Positions 1 to 8,515 of a DNA stretch of 55,207 nucleotides are shown here, one piece after another; position 1 is the first letter of the stretch; every line of letters starts with the position of its first letter. This DNA is from Minisyncoccota bacterium (GTDB lineage Bacteria > Patescibacteriota > Minisyncoccia > Phycocordibacterales > Phycocordibacteraceae): contig JBAYHD010000005.1 of the NCBI GenBank assembly GCA_041666305.1, positions 1 to 55,207 of the forward strand. The letters run 5' to 3'. Position numbers and translations under genes: made by a program. The notes under the pieces were generated by a model that saw only the letters and a list, made by a program, of their open reading frames with translations, had not been told where the DNA came from and did not search any database.

Positions 1-2214
1 ACAGGTCTTGCTTGTCGTGTTCCATGTGTAGTTGGTATTGCAGCCGAACTGGCATTTTGCCGTGGTATTGGTTGCTGAATAAGAATAGGCGGTGGTGGTG
101 GCGAGGCCGGTGTTGTCGGGGGCCGGATACGCGGTGGCGTTTGCTGGAAGGCTGGTACAAACATACGTCACAGTGGCGCTTGTACTGCACGCGACTGTTT
201 TTGAGACTCCTCCCGAGGTGATGACGACCGAACCGGTTTTGGTGCCAGCGGTCGCGTACGATTTCGTGACGCTTAAAGCTGCGCCCGAGAGACTGTCGGT
301 ACCGCTCCACGCATAGGCATACGAACCGGTGCCGCCGGAGACGCCACTTGCGCTCCATGTGAAGGAAGTGCCGGTAGTACCGGAGGTGGGGGTGACGGAA
401 CAGGAACCGGTGATGGGGGTGGCGTCCCGACTTGCTTTGCACTGGCCACTCAAGGTACCAGAATACGTGCCGTCACTCGAACAGAGCCACGACACCGAAC
501 TGCCGATTGCAGGGAAAGTTTGGTTCGTAGGGGTACTATAGGCAGAACACTGGTAGTAGGTAGCATCGTAACCAGTCGCATTGGCTGGAAATGTATGCCC
601 ATTCGGCAGAGGAAGCCCTGCGGGTCCGCAGGCCGGAGCGGCGGCGCGGCTCGCCGAACAAGGACTGCTCAGTGTACCACCGTAGGTTCCGTCACTCGAG
701 CAGATCCAAGATACCGAACCACCGGCAGTTGGAAATGTAAGATTGGTGGAAACACTATTGCTCGAACATTGGTAGTAGGTGGTATTGTACGTCGCTAACG
801 CGTAAGGAAGCGGGTTCCCATTCGTAAAAGTGTGCCCGTTCGCTGAACCACAGGTTGGCGCCACTGGGGGGGCGGTAACGGTGCAATTCTGATTTGTATA
901 CGAACCACTCAAAGTGCCGTTCACACAAGTGCGCGTCTCGGAAGTGCAAACTGTTGGAGAAGTAACTGAAGATGATTGATATGCCGTGGTTGAAGCGGCA
1001 CTCGCGAGGGTGCCACCCCACGGGAGAACGCAGGAAGCCTCGGTGGCGGTAGTACAGCCATACGATCCAAATCCTAGTGCATCATATGATGACGGCGCCA
1101 CGCAAATTCCTCCATTTTCACCCAGACATGAAGGCGCATACTTGGAAGACGTTCTTGGGCCATACGCGGGGAAAGTCGAACTTGTGCCGGTTGTTTCCCC
1201 CGGGGATAAAATCCAAGTCCAGATAACCTGCCACACATCTGGACCTGGCGAAAAAGATTGCTCCACCGTACAAATTGGAAGATTCGCTGGAGTAACTGGA
1301 GTAATAATGACGTAGCCATTTCCTCCGGTACCGCCATTTTGATAGGTGCCCGAAGTGCCGGCACCGCTGGCGCCGCCGCCGCCGGGAATTATCGACCCGC
1401 CGTTCGCGCTTCCAGCAGAACCTGGAGCGCCTGCGCTCCCTGGAACGCTGGGGTCATAATACGAGTTGTATGCAGCACAACTCATATCACTGTTATATGC
1501 TGAACAAACATCTGAGACCGTATAAGGAATAGTGATAGCGGATCGTCCTCCATTCCCCCCGTAGGTGCCACCAAGTCCGCCGAGACCTGATCTTGCCCAC
1601 CAATTAGAACCATCCGCCCACGTCATACCCGTGGCTCCAGGGCCATAGCCAAAACCGCCAACGGCACCCATTCCATTACCGCAATTTTCACAACCCTCAC
1701 CAATTGATCCGGGAGTCAATCCGCCACCGCCACCACCGCCACCACCTGTGTGTCCGGGCGAAAGAATGGACATGCCGCCGCCGCCGCCGCCTCCTCCTCC
1801 GGCTACATACCCAGAAAAATATGAACTTCCGCCGCCGCCTCCGGCGCCGCCGTTGTAGGAAATACGCCCCCCAGCGCCTCCGGCGCCGACATAAAAAGTG
1901 ATGCTCTGTCCCGGAGTAACAGAAATCGTAGCGCGCGCATAACCTCCGGCACCTCCAGCGCCTCCCTGTACGCCTTCCGGCATGGTATATGCTCCGTCAT
2001 ACGGCTGTGCCCAACCACCGCCACCACCGCCGCCGCCAGCCAGCTGTACATCGAGCGTCGTATAATTACCGACGGTATAGGTGTAGACTCCGGGAGTTGT
2101 ATAGCTCTGTGCATGTACGCTCCCTGCACCGGCAAAAAAAACAGCGATTAATAAAATGGGGCGAAAAAACTTACTTTGTGATGGACGACGTACGTTCTTA
2201 TTGTTTGAACTCAT
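1..2214 (-). CDS. Secreted glycine-rich / Cys-repeat surface protein, 3' end runs off window (>=738 aa)
   Basis: Absent from ORF track because the frame stays open to position 1. Manual translation from ATG at 2214 gives MSSNNKNVRRPSQSKFFRPILLIAVFFAGAGSVHAQS (signal peptide). It continues with GGGGGGGG/GGAGG runs and two ~70-aa repeats (NGHTF..TYYQCS..SVSW[IL]CSSDGTY.GTLS..C.ASR). A PKD/Ig-like looking segment follows. No stop in 738 codons. Confidence 0.7.
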   Translation of the reverse strand, partial: MSSNNKNVRRPSQSKFFRPILLIAVFFAGAGSVHAQSYTTPGVYTYTVGNYTTLDVQLAGGGGGGGGWAQPYDGAYTMPEGVQGGAGGAGGYARATISVTPGQSITFYVGAGGAGGRISYNGGAGGGGGSSYFSGYVAGGGGGGGGGMSILSPGHTGGGGGGGGGLTPGSIGEGCENCGNGMGAVGGFGYGPGATGMTWADGSNWWARSGLGGLGGTYGGNGGRSAITIPYTVSDVCSAYNSDMSCAAYNSYYDPSVPGSAGAPGSAGSANGGSIIPGGGGASGAGTSGTYQNGGTGGNGYVIITPVTPANLPICTVEQSFSPGPDVWQVIWTWILSPGETTGTSSTFPAYGPRTSSKYAPSCLGENGGICVAPSSYDALGFGSYGCTTATEASCVLPWGGTLASAASTTAYQSSSVTSPTVCTSETRTCVNGTLSGSYTNQNCTVTAPPVAPTCGSANGHTFTNGNPLPYALATYNTTYYQCSSNSVSTNLTFPTAGGSVSWICSSDGTYGGTLSSPCSASRAAAPACGPAGLPLPNGHTFPANATGYDATYYQCSAYSTPTNQTFPAIGSSVSWLCSSDGTYSGTLSGQCKASRDATPITGSCSVTPTSGTTGTSFTWSASGVSGGTGSYAYAWSGTDSLSGAALSVTKSYATAGTKTGSVVITSGGVSKTVACSTSATVTYVCTSLPANATAYPAPDNTGLATTTAYSYSATNTTAKCQFGCNTNYTWNTTSKTC

Positions 2215-2225
2215 ACGGCAATTGT

Positions 2226-2804
2226 TCACTGTGCATTAGGGATCGCTGTTGGTATTTTTTGCGCGATCTGCACATGTATCTCTAAGGCAGTAAAAGTGGT
2301 CAATGCCGTTATGTCGCTTCCTGCGAACGCCGATATAGTATCGCCGACTTTAATATCAGCGAGGGTAATTTTTTCACGAGTGAAAGATTCCGGCGGTATC
2401 GGGAGGATGCCGGAACTTTTTGCTTCTGGCGATTGAGTCTGTTTCAAATATGCCTCTCGCTCTTTGCGGATAGTTGCCGCGTCTTTCTGGACGATACGCT
2501 CGACAATGGTCCCCGGTCCGACTACGACAACCATACGTGATGTCTGATCAACTGCATCGGAAGTATTCGGCACTCTTTGAGGATCCTTGAGTGTGATCTT
2601 TTGGTCGGATACACTTTCAACACTGCCTATTACGACACGAACAGGTATCGTCGTTACTCCCTGTGCCTGAGACGGAGCCTTGTTTGCGAGGCCTTGCCCA
2701 TAACCGAACCGATACGCGATATACGATGAGCCGGCTATAACGCACACCGCTATGACTACTCCAATAATAAGAACTCGTTGACTAGGATTAGAAGCCGGGG
2801 GCAT
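2226..2804 (-). CDS. Hypothetical membrane-anchored protein
   Basis: 192-aa ORF with one N-terminal TM helix (VLIIGVVIAVCVIAGSSYIAY); no recognisable domain. Confidence 0.55.
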   Translation of the reverse strand: MPPASNPSQRVLIIGVVIAVCVIAGSSYIAYRFGYGQGLANKAPSQAQGVTTIPVRVVIGSVESVSDQKITLKDPQRVPNTSDAVDQTSRMVVVVGPGTIVERIVQKDAATIRKEREAYLKQTQSPEAKSSGILPIPPESFTREKITLADIKVGDTISAFAGSDITALTTFTALEIHVQIAQKIPTAIPNAQ

Positions 2805-2948
2805 ATACCAGAAGAATACTCCATATTAGAAACAGTAGTGCGGTATGTCGATATACAAAGTGGATAATCAATGATGAGGTCACGTGCGCTCAGCATGTGA
2901 CCGTCGGTGAATTACCTCCAGGCGAAGCGATATATAATCTTCTGTTGT

Positions 2949-5057
2949 TTATGAGCCGCTCAATGCTTTGCGGGTGCGGGACTTTTTTATTTTCGGTCCG
3001 TTCCCTTCCAGTTTGTAGAGCTCGTCGCGGACGAGGGCGGCGGTTTCGAAGTCGAGTAACTCTACCGCCTCGCTCATCTCTTCCCTCTTTCTCTTTATAA
3101 ACTCCTTGGGGTCGTCCTTATAGGCAAGCGTATCGAGCACGAGGAGTTCATCTATCGTGCGCTGATGCTCGGTGCGCATAGATGCCGCGATGTCGTGTAT
3201 CTCTTTCTTGATGGTCTGCGGAGTAATGCCATGCTTCTCGTTATACGCGAGCTGTATTGCACGGCGACGGTTCGTCTCGCCGATAGCTCGCTCAAGGGAG
3301 CCGGTCATCACGTCGGCATACAGAATCACCCGCCCAAGAACATTTCGCGCCGCACGCCCGATGGTCTGGATGAGCGAGGTCTCGCTCCGCAGAAATCCTT
3401 CTTTATCAGCGTCGAGAATGCCCACGAGTTCCACTTCCGGTAGGTCGAGTCCTTCGCGAAGCAGGTTCACGCCGACGAGAATATCAAAGCCGCCTTGTCG
3501 GAATTTGGTGAGGATATCAATGCGGTCAATGGTTTTTACATCCGAATGCAAATATTCCGCCTTAATACCCTTCTCGCGCAGGAATGCCGCCAAGTCCTCC
3601 GCCATCTGCTTGGTGAGCGTAGTTGCGAGCGCGCGACCCCCGCGCTTAATAACTATTTCCGCTTCAGTAATAAAATCCGCGATCTGTCCCTTGTATTTCG
3701 CACTGTCATGTATGGCAGTGCCATTCCCTCCATATATGGAGGGAATCACTACGGCACCTTCGGAAACAGGGCGGACGGTGAGTTCGGGGTCGATGAGACC
3801 GGTCGGACGGATGACCTGCTCCACGATTTGTTCGGAATGAGCTTTTTCATACGGGCCCGGCGTCGCGCTCGTGTACAGCGCTTGGCCAATACGCTCTTCA
3901 AATTCTTCAAAACGGAGCGGACGATTGTCACGCGCGCTTGGCAAGCGAAAACCGTACTCAACGAGAACATCCTTACGCGACTTATCGCCGGCATACATAC
4001 CGCCGATTTGCGGGACGGTGACGTGCGATTCGTCTATGACGGTCAAGAAATCCGCGGAGCCGTCTTTCTTGTGCGGGAAATACGAAAGGAGCGTATGCGG
4101 CGGCTGGCCTGGAGCACGCCCGTCGAAGTGTCGCGAATAATTTTCAATGCCGCTCGTATATCCAAGCTCGCGAATGAGCGCGAGGTCGTGAAGCGTGCGG
4201 CGCTTGATGCGCTCGGCTTCGAGCGGTTTCTCTTCCCTTTTGAATTTCGCGAGTTGTTCTTCGAGCTCGAGCTTGATGTCCTCGATAGCGCGGTCGCGCT
4301 CTTCAATGCTGGTCACGAAGTGCTTCGCCGGGAATACGAAGACCGACTTTGGCTCTTTCATCTTTGCGCGCGAGACCGGGTCGAGTTGATGTATGGAAGC
4401 GACGACGTCGCCTTCGAACGTAATGCGGAAAATCGCACGCTCGTTCACCGGCATAAATTCAAGCGAATTGCCGATGGCGCGCACCTGCCCCGGATTGAGA
4501 TCGGCGTTCGTGCGCTCAAAATAAATGCCAACGAGCTTGCGAATAAGCGCCGCGCGATTCTCCGCGGCGCCTCGTTCTATCTTCACGTGCACTTTCTCAT
4601 ATTCCTCTGGCGACCCGAGGCCGTAGATAGCCGAGACCGACGCGACGATAATAACGTCTTTGCGTGTGAGGAGCGCCTGCGTCGCGGCGTGGCGGAGCCG
4701 GTCTATCTCGGCGTTTATCATCGCCTCCTTCTCTATATAGGTATCCGAGTGCGCGATATATGCCTCCGGCTGGTAGTAGTCGTAGTACGAAACGAAGTAG
4801 TGGACCGCATTCTCAGGGAAAAATTCCCGATATTCCTGCGCGAGTTGGGCAGCGAGTGTCTTGTTGTGCGCAAGCACCAGAGTCGGCTTATCGTGCTGGG
4901 CAATGACATTGGCCACGGTAAAGGTCTTCCCCGAGCCGGTCACACCGAAAAGCGTCTGATGTATCAAACCCTTCTCGAGTCCTTCTTCGAGTTTTTTGAT
5001 GGCCGCCGGCTGGTCCCCCGCCGGTGGGTATGGGGTATGCAATTTGAAATTAGCCAT
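2949..5057 (-). CDS. uvrB: Excinuclease ABC subunit B
   Basis: 702 aa; GVTGSGKT Walker A, DESH box, LREGLDLPEV, C-terminal UVR-like motif. Carries an extra segment containing two palindromes (3700-3746). Confidence 0.97.
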   Translation of the reverse strand: MANFKLHTPYPPAGDQPAAIKKLEEGLEKGLIHQTLFGVTGSGKTFTVANVIAQHDKPTLVLAHNKTLAAQLAQEYREFFPENAVHYFVSYYDYYQPEAYIAHSDTYIEKEAMINAEIDRLRHAATQALLTRKDVIIVASVSAIYGLGSPEEYEKVHVKIERGAAENRAALIRKLVGIYFERTNADLNPGQVRAIGNSLEFMPVNERAIFRITFEGDVVASIHQLDPVSRAKMKEPKSVFVFPAKHFVTSIEERDRAIEDIKLELEEQLAKFKREEKPLEAERIKRRTLHDLALIRELGYTSGIENYSRHFDGRAPGQPPHTLLSYFPHKKDGSADFLTVIDESHVTVPQIGGMYAGDKSRKDVLVEYGFRLPSARDNRPLRFEEFEERIGQALYTSATPGPYEKAHSEQIVEQVIRPTGLIDPELTVRPVSEGAVVIPSIYGGNGTAIHDSAKYKGQIADFITEAEIVIKRGGRALATTLTKQMAEDLAAFLREKGIKAEYLHSDVKTIDRIDILTKFRQGGFDILVGVNLLREGLDLPEVELVGILDADKEGFLRSETSLIQTIGRAARNVLGRVILYADVMTGSLERAIGETNRRRAIQLAYNEKHGITPQTIKKEIHDIAASMRTEHQRTIDELLVLDTLAYKDDPKEFIKRKREEMSEAVELLDFETAALVRDELYKLEGNGPKIKKSRTRKALSGS
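3723..3746. repeat. 24-nt perfect palindrome inside uvrB
   Basis: ATTCCCTCCATATATGGAGGGAAT; in-frame IPSIYGGN. It is preceded by the near-perfect 22-nt palindrome GCACTGTCATGTATGGCAGTGC at 3700-3721. Confidence 0.95.
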
Positions 5058-5060
5058 ATC

Positions 5061-5088
5061 TTGACATGTGGACCCTTCACTATACTAT
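5061..5088 (+). promoter_or_regulatory. Sigma-70-like promoter
   Basis: TTGACA-N16-TACTAT upstream of gene 5143-5454. Confidence 0.55.
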
Positions 5089-5142
5089 GCGACCAGCACT
5101 TTCGCTAGAAGTTCTTCGCGGTTCCACATATAGGGAGACATC

Positions 5143-5454
5143 ATGACCATTATCGTCAAACGCAAGCGCCGTGAACCGAAATTCGAGAAAGAAATGGGAG
5201 AAGTAGCCGCGGCGGCAAGAAGAATGAGCATACGTAAGCTGATCAGCATTCAAGAAGTCCTGGTCAAGAAACGAAAAGCGGATGATAAATTAAAGGCTGC
5301 TGCAATCAGACGCTATGCCGATAAACACAATCTTCATCTCTATTGTCACCGACACCCGTGGATAGCCGATCTATATAGCGGTGAAAAAATCCGCTTGCCA
5401 CCGGGCTTCTATGCGAAGGTCAATGGCGTTATTGAGAATATCATCGCAGAATGA
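5143..5454 (+). CDS. Hypothetical small basic protein
   Basis: 103-aa ORF; AGGGAGA SD-like sequence upstream, TTGACA-N16-TACTAT promoter at 5061-5088, hairpin terminator after stop. Confidence 0.5.
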   Translation: MTIIVKRKRREPKFEKEMGEVAAAARRMSIRKLISIQEVLVKKRKADDKLKAAAIRRYADKHNLHLYCHRHPWIADLYSGEKIRLPPGFYAKVNGVIENIIAE

Positions 5455-5478
5455 CTGATCGTCTCGATGCTTATGGGA

Positions 5479-5502
5479 AAGGGACCACACGGTCCCTTTT
5501 TT
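5479..5502 (+). terminator. Intrinsic terminator
   Basis: AGGGACC-ACAC-GGTCCCT followed by a T-run. Confidence 0.7.
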
Positions 5503-5504
5503 AT

Positions 5505-6809
5505 TTAGATATAGTAGTCACGAATGAAGTCTGCACGATAGTCGTCAAAGCGGCCGTTAAGAATAGCCTCGCGCGCGCCGGCGACCAAATTCAAGATGAA
5601 GCCGACATTGTGCATTGAGCAAATGACCGAGCCGAGCATCTCCCCGCTCCGCACCAAATGTGCCATATACGCCAATGTGAACTCCACACCCATGTGGGAC
5701 TTCGTAAGTCCCACATCAGAAAGAAGGGTGAAGTCGGTGCGGTATTTTTCGCCTTTGAGGTGGGCAATGCCATGCCTGGTGTAGATGGAGCCGTGACGGC
5801 CGATGCGTGTCGCCGCGACGCAGTCAAAGAGGTCCATACCGTTTGCAATGCCTTCGAGGATGTCACCCGGCTCGCCGATGCCGAGGAAGTGCCGCGGTAA
5901 TTCTTCTGGCAACTCACCCACTGCCGCCGCGAGCGCGCTCCGCATGTCCTCTTTTGAGAAAGAGCCGCCGATGCCGATGCCGTCAAAGCCGAGTGAAGCG
6001 ATCTCGCGTGCAGATTCTTTGCGCAAGTCCTCATGACGCCCGCCCTGCACAATGCCGAATATTGCCTGCCCGGACACTACGTCTCGCATTGCGCTTTGCG
6101 CATGGCCGGAGGCCGATGCGAGAAGTAGTGTACGGGCCTGCTTCTTTTCTTCATATTCGAGACGACGGTGATAATCGAGAGACCGTTTTGCCCAGCGATG
6201 AGTCCGGTCCATCGCTTCCTTCTGATATTCGTACGGCTCGGTTGGCGAAGTGCATTCATCGAAGGCGAAGAAGATGTCTGCTCCCAAGGCGTGCTGTATC
6301 TCGACTGAACGTTCAGGCGTGAAGCGGTGGAGCGAGCCGTCGAGATGTGAAGTAAAGGTGACTCCTTCGTCGTCGATGACGGCGAGTTGTCCGTGCTGGC
6401 TCGCCACGTCTTCATCATAAATCACCGGCTTCTCACTTGGAGGCGAAACCTCCAAGTCTTCTTTCGTAAATTTGGAAATGGTTTTCCCGAAGGCCGCGCC
6501 AAGCGAGAACACTTGAAAACCGCCCGAGTCGGTCATCGTGGGTCCTTCCCAGCCCATAAATTTCCCGAGCCCGCCGGCGTCCTGCACAATCTTTTCTCCC
6601 GGCTGGAGATACAGGTGATAGGTATTTGCGAGCACCACTTGCGCACCCAGTTTCCCGAGCGCATCCGGAAGAATTCCCTTCACATTCGCTTTCGTCCCCA
6701 CCGGCACGAAAGCCGGCGTCTGGATGACGCCGTGCGGAGTGGTCAGTGTGCCGGCGCGCGCCCGGCATCCGGGCGCGCGCTTCTCAATCTTGAATTGTAT
6801 CGCGCTCAT
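5505..6809 (-). CDS. tgt: tRNA-guanine transglycosylase (queuine tRNA-ribosyltransferase) homologue
   Basis: 434 aa; TDSGGFQV, GIVQGG and LFDCVAATR motifs. The CxCxxC zinc motif is not visible (see findings). Confidence 0.9.
   Translation of the reverse strand: MSAIQFKIEKRAPGCRARAGTLTTPHGVIQTPAFVPVGTKANVKGILPDALGKLGAQVVLANTYHLYLQPGEKIVQDAGGLGKFMGWEGPTMTDSGGFQVFSLGAAFGKTISKFTKEDLEVSPPSEKPVIYDEDVASQHGQLAVIDDEGVTFTSHLDGSLHRFTPERSVEIQHALGADIFFAFDECTSPTEPYEYQKEAMDRTHRWAKRSLDYHRRLEYEEKKQARTLLLASASGHAQSAMRDVVSGQAIFGIVQGGRHEDLRKESAREIASLGFDGIGIGGSFSKEDMRSALAAAVGELPEELPRHFLGIGEPGDILEGIANGMDLFDCVAATRIGRHGSIYTRHGIAHLKGEKYRTDFTLLSDVGLTKSHMGVEFTLAYMAHLVRSGEMLGSVICSMHNVGFILNLVAGAREAILNGRFDDYRADFIRDYYI
5692..5716. 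repeat. 25-nt palindrome (11+3+11) inside tgt
   Basis: ATGTGGGACTT-CGT-AAGTCCCACAT; encodes VGLTKSHM in tgt. Confidence 0.95.
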
Positions 6810-6839
6810 TACTCTCTAACGTACCTCATTCGGCTGGTA

Positions 6840-6867
6840 TTGACAAATTATAATTGTAGAGTATCCT
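6840..6867 (+). promoter_or_regulatory. Sigma-70-like promoter
   Basis: TTGACA-N16-TATCCT upstream of the lipoprotein gene. Confidence 0.45.
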
Positions 6868-6924
6868 TGTACCTAGACGGGGTTCCACCGCTTCAATTCT
6901 GAAACGGCCCCAAGATGGAGGTCT

Positions 6925-7482
6925 TTGACCATGAAAAAGATGTTGAGTAGGATCGCCATTTTGGCGAGCATCACTCTGATCAGCGGCTGTGCCTCACAAG
7001 GCCCGGCCGTAAAGCGAACCGAAACGTTCCCCGACGGCGAGAAAATTACTATCGTCGCCCACAAACAGAACGTCCCGGATTACTGGCTCGACCGTGACAA
7101 TCTCAAACTCAATTACTTTGTCCGGGGAGATGAAGTAACCGACAGGCAACTCGAGGCAATCAACAAAGCCGAGAAGCTGTGCCGGTTCTTCAACGGCGAG
7201 GTCCGCCCGAGTAATTTGGTTGCGGTACTTAGCAGTGGCGTAATCTACGCTATCGCCGGCGCTACTGGCCTGTACTTGGGCTCGGCCGCCTTCACCGGCG
7301 CAACCCAGGTATACCGGAACCAATCGGCTGAATATGGTGCATACGCTTCAGGCACCGGCGGTCTTGCCAACGGCTTGATCACGCTCGGAGGCCAGACGTA
7401 TACCTTCGAAAACTGCGGCCGGGAAATCCTTGCCGACATGCCCAACTACAAAGTGAAGGTGTTGGGAAAAAGTCCGTACTAA
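6925..7482 (+). CDS. Hypothetical lipoprotein
   Basis: 185 aa; signal peptide with lipobox LISGC; GGAGG SD; promoter-like TTGACA-N16-TATCCT at 6840-6867. Confidence 0.6.
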   Translation: MTMKKMLSRIAILASITLISGCASQGPAVKRTETFPDGEKITIVAHKQNVPDYWLDRDNLKLNYFVRGDEVTDRQLEAINKAEKLCRFFNGEVRPSNLVAVLSSGVIYAIAGATGLYLGSAAFTGATQVYRNQSAEYGAYASGTGGLANGLITLGGQTYTFENCGREILADMPNYKVKVLGKSPY

Positions 7483-7497
7483 GGAGCGTACGGAAAC

Positions 7498-7538
7498 GGG
7501 CGCGAACTTGCGAAAGCAGTTCGCGCCCATTATTTTTT
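7498..7538 (+). terminator. Intrinsic terminator
   Basis: 11-bp stem GGGCGCGAACT/AGTTCGCGCCC followed by ATTATTTTTT. Confidence 0.75.
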
Positions 7539-7552
7539 CGGAATCAGTGAAC

Positions 7553-8065
7553 CTATTTTTGTACGTTCAAAAGTTCCACTTCAAAAATGAGGTCTGAATT
7601 TGCCGGAATGCTCGGCGCCGGCGATTGCGCGCCATAGGCAAGTGCAGCCGGTATGGCGAGTACGCGCTTGCCGCCCACTTTCATACCAGCAACGCCTTCG
7701 TCCCAACCCTTGATCACCTGCCCTGCTCCGAGCGTAAAGGTGAAGCCGTTTTCGGTTTCCTTATGACTAGCCGACGCATCAAAGACAGTGCCGTTCGTGA
7801 GCGCCCCGACATACTTCACCGTCACTGTATCGCCTGCTGCGGCAACGGCACCCGTGCCGACTATTTCATCCTTCATCATAAGTTGCGTAAGCGGTTTTGT
7901 TTCAGCGGGCATAGTAGTTGATGCGGTTTGCGAATTGGTAGTAATTTGAACCGGTTCTTGAGTCGGAGCTGCGGCTCTCCACGGCCAGAGGCCCGGAACG
8001 ATAAAGAAGGTAACGACAACGGCGAGTGCAAGGGCTACAGCGATGCCTGTTTGAGTTGGTTTCAT
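7553..8065 (-). CDS. FKBP-type peptidyl-prolyl cis-trans isomerase, membrane-anchored
   Basis: 170 aa; C-terminal FKBP signature (VKYVGALTNGTVFD..GAGQVIKGWDEGVAGMKVGGKR..IPANSDLIFEVELL). Confidence 0.85.
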   Translation of the reverse strand: MKPTQTGIAVALALAVVVTFFIVPGLWPWRAAAPTQEPVQITTNSQTASTTMPAETKPLTQLMMKDEIVGTGAVAAAGDTVTVKYVGALTNGTVFDASASHKETENGFTFTLGAGQVIKGWDEGVAGMKVGGKRVLAIPAALAYGAQSPAPSIPANSDLIFEVELLNVQK

Positions 8066-8094
8066 ATGCTCATTATTAGTATGACGCTAGTATA

Positions 8095-8391
8095 CTACGG
8101 CTTTTGAAATTCTTTAAACCGCTTCACTTCTTCGGCAACGGCGGCCTTCGCTATCTCTTCGTGCCCCGGTACTTCGCGGTCCAAAAATGCTTTTAGTGTC
8201 GCCGCATCACCCGCCTCGGCAAGCTTCGCGAATTCTTCGCGCTTATTTTCTGCGAGCTTCCCGAACACCGCAACAGATGCGGCCTTCAGCGCAATTTCAC
8301 CGAACTGCGCGATGAGCGTCTGCTGTTCCGCGAGCGGAAGTTCCGCAATTCCCAAGTCGGTCGCTATCAACTTCGTCATTTCGTCTTGCAT
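8095..8391 (-). CDS. Hypothetical helical protein
   Basis: 98-aa ORF; its start codon directly abuts the 100-bp hairpin element at 8393-8492. Confidence 0.5.
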   Translation of the reverse strand: MQDEMTKLIATDLGIAELPLAEQQTLIAQFGEIALKAASVAVFGKLAENKREEFAKLAEAGDAATLKAFLDREVPGHEEIAKAAVAEEVKRFKEFQKP

Positions 8392-8392
8392 A

Positions 8393-8492
8393 CCCCGTAT
8401 GACTACTGTGAGTAGCCTCGATTATGAATAAAAAGAGCACGTCCCTGCATCACTGCGGCACTTTGTTGATTCGTGAGTGTAGTCATACGGGG
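8393..8492 (-). repeat. Related 100-bp hairpin element abutting the start codon of gene 8095-8391
   Basis: Perfect 14-bp arms CCCCGTATGACTAC (8393-8406) and GTAGTCATACGGGG (8479-8492); flanked by CATA at 8389-8392 and 8493-8496. Right flank CATAGGTG is identical to that of copy 2. Confidence 0.85.
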
Positions 8493-8515
8493 CATAGGTG
8501 GCATCATAGCATGGG

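Noticed and set aside
3495-5108. 537-aa plus-strand ORF
   Set aside because: It is entirely antisense to the well-supported uvrB and has an Arg/Leu-rich shadow-frame composition. The same applies to 3172-3840, 22858-23475, 24237-25061, 26970-27470, 36101-37003, 39305-40195, 40673-41521, 43064-43768 and 44502-45203, opposite dnaX, dus, serS, miaA, clpB, the cysteine desulfurase gene and infB.
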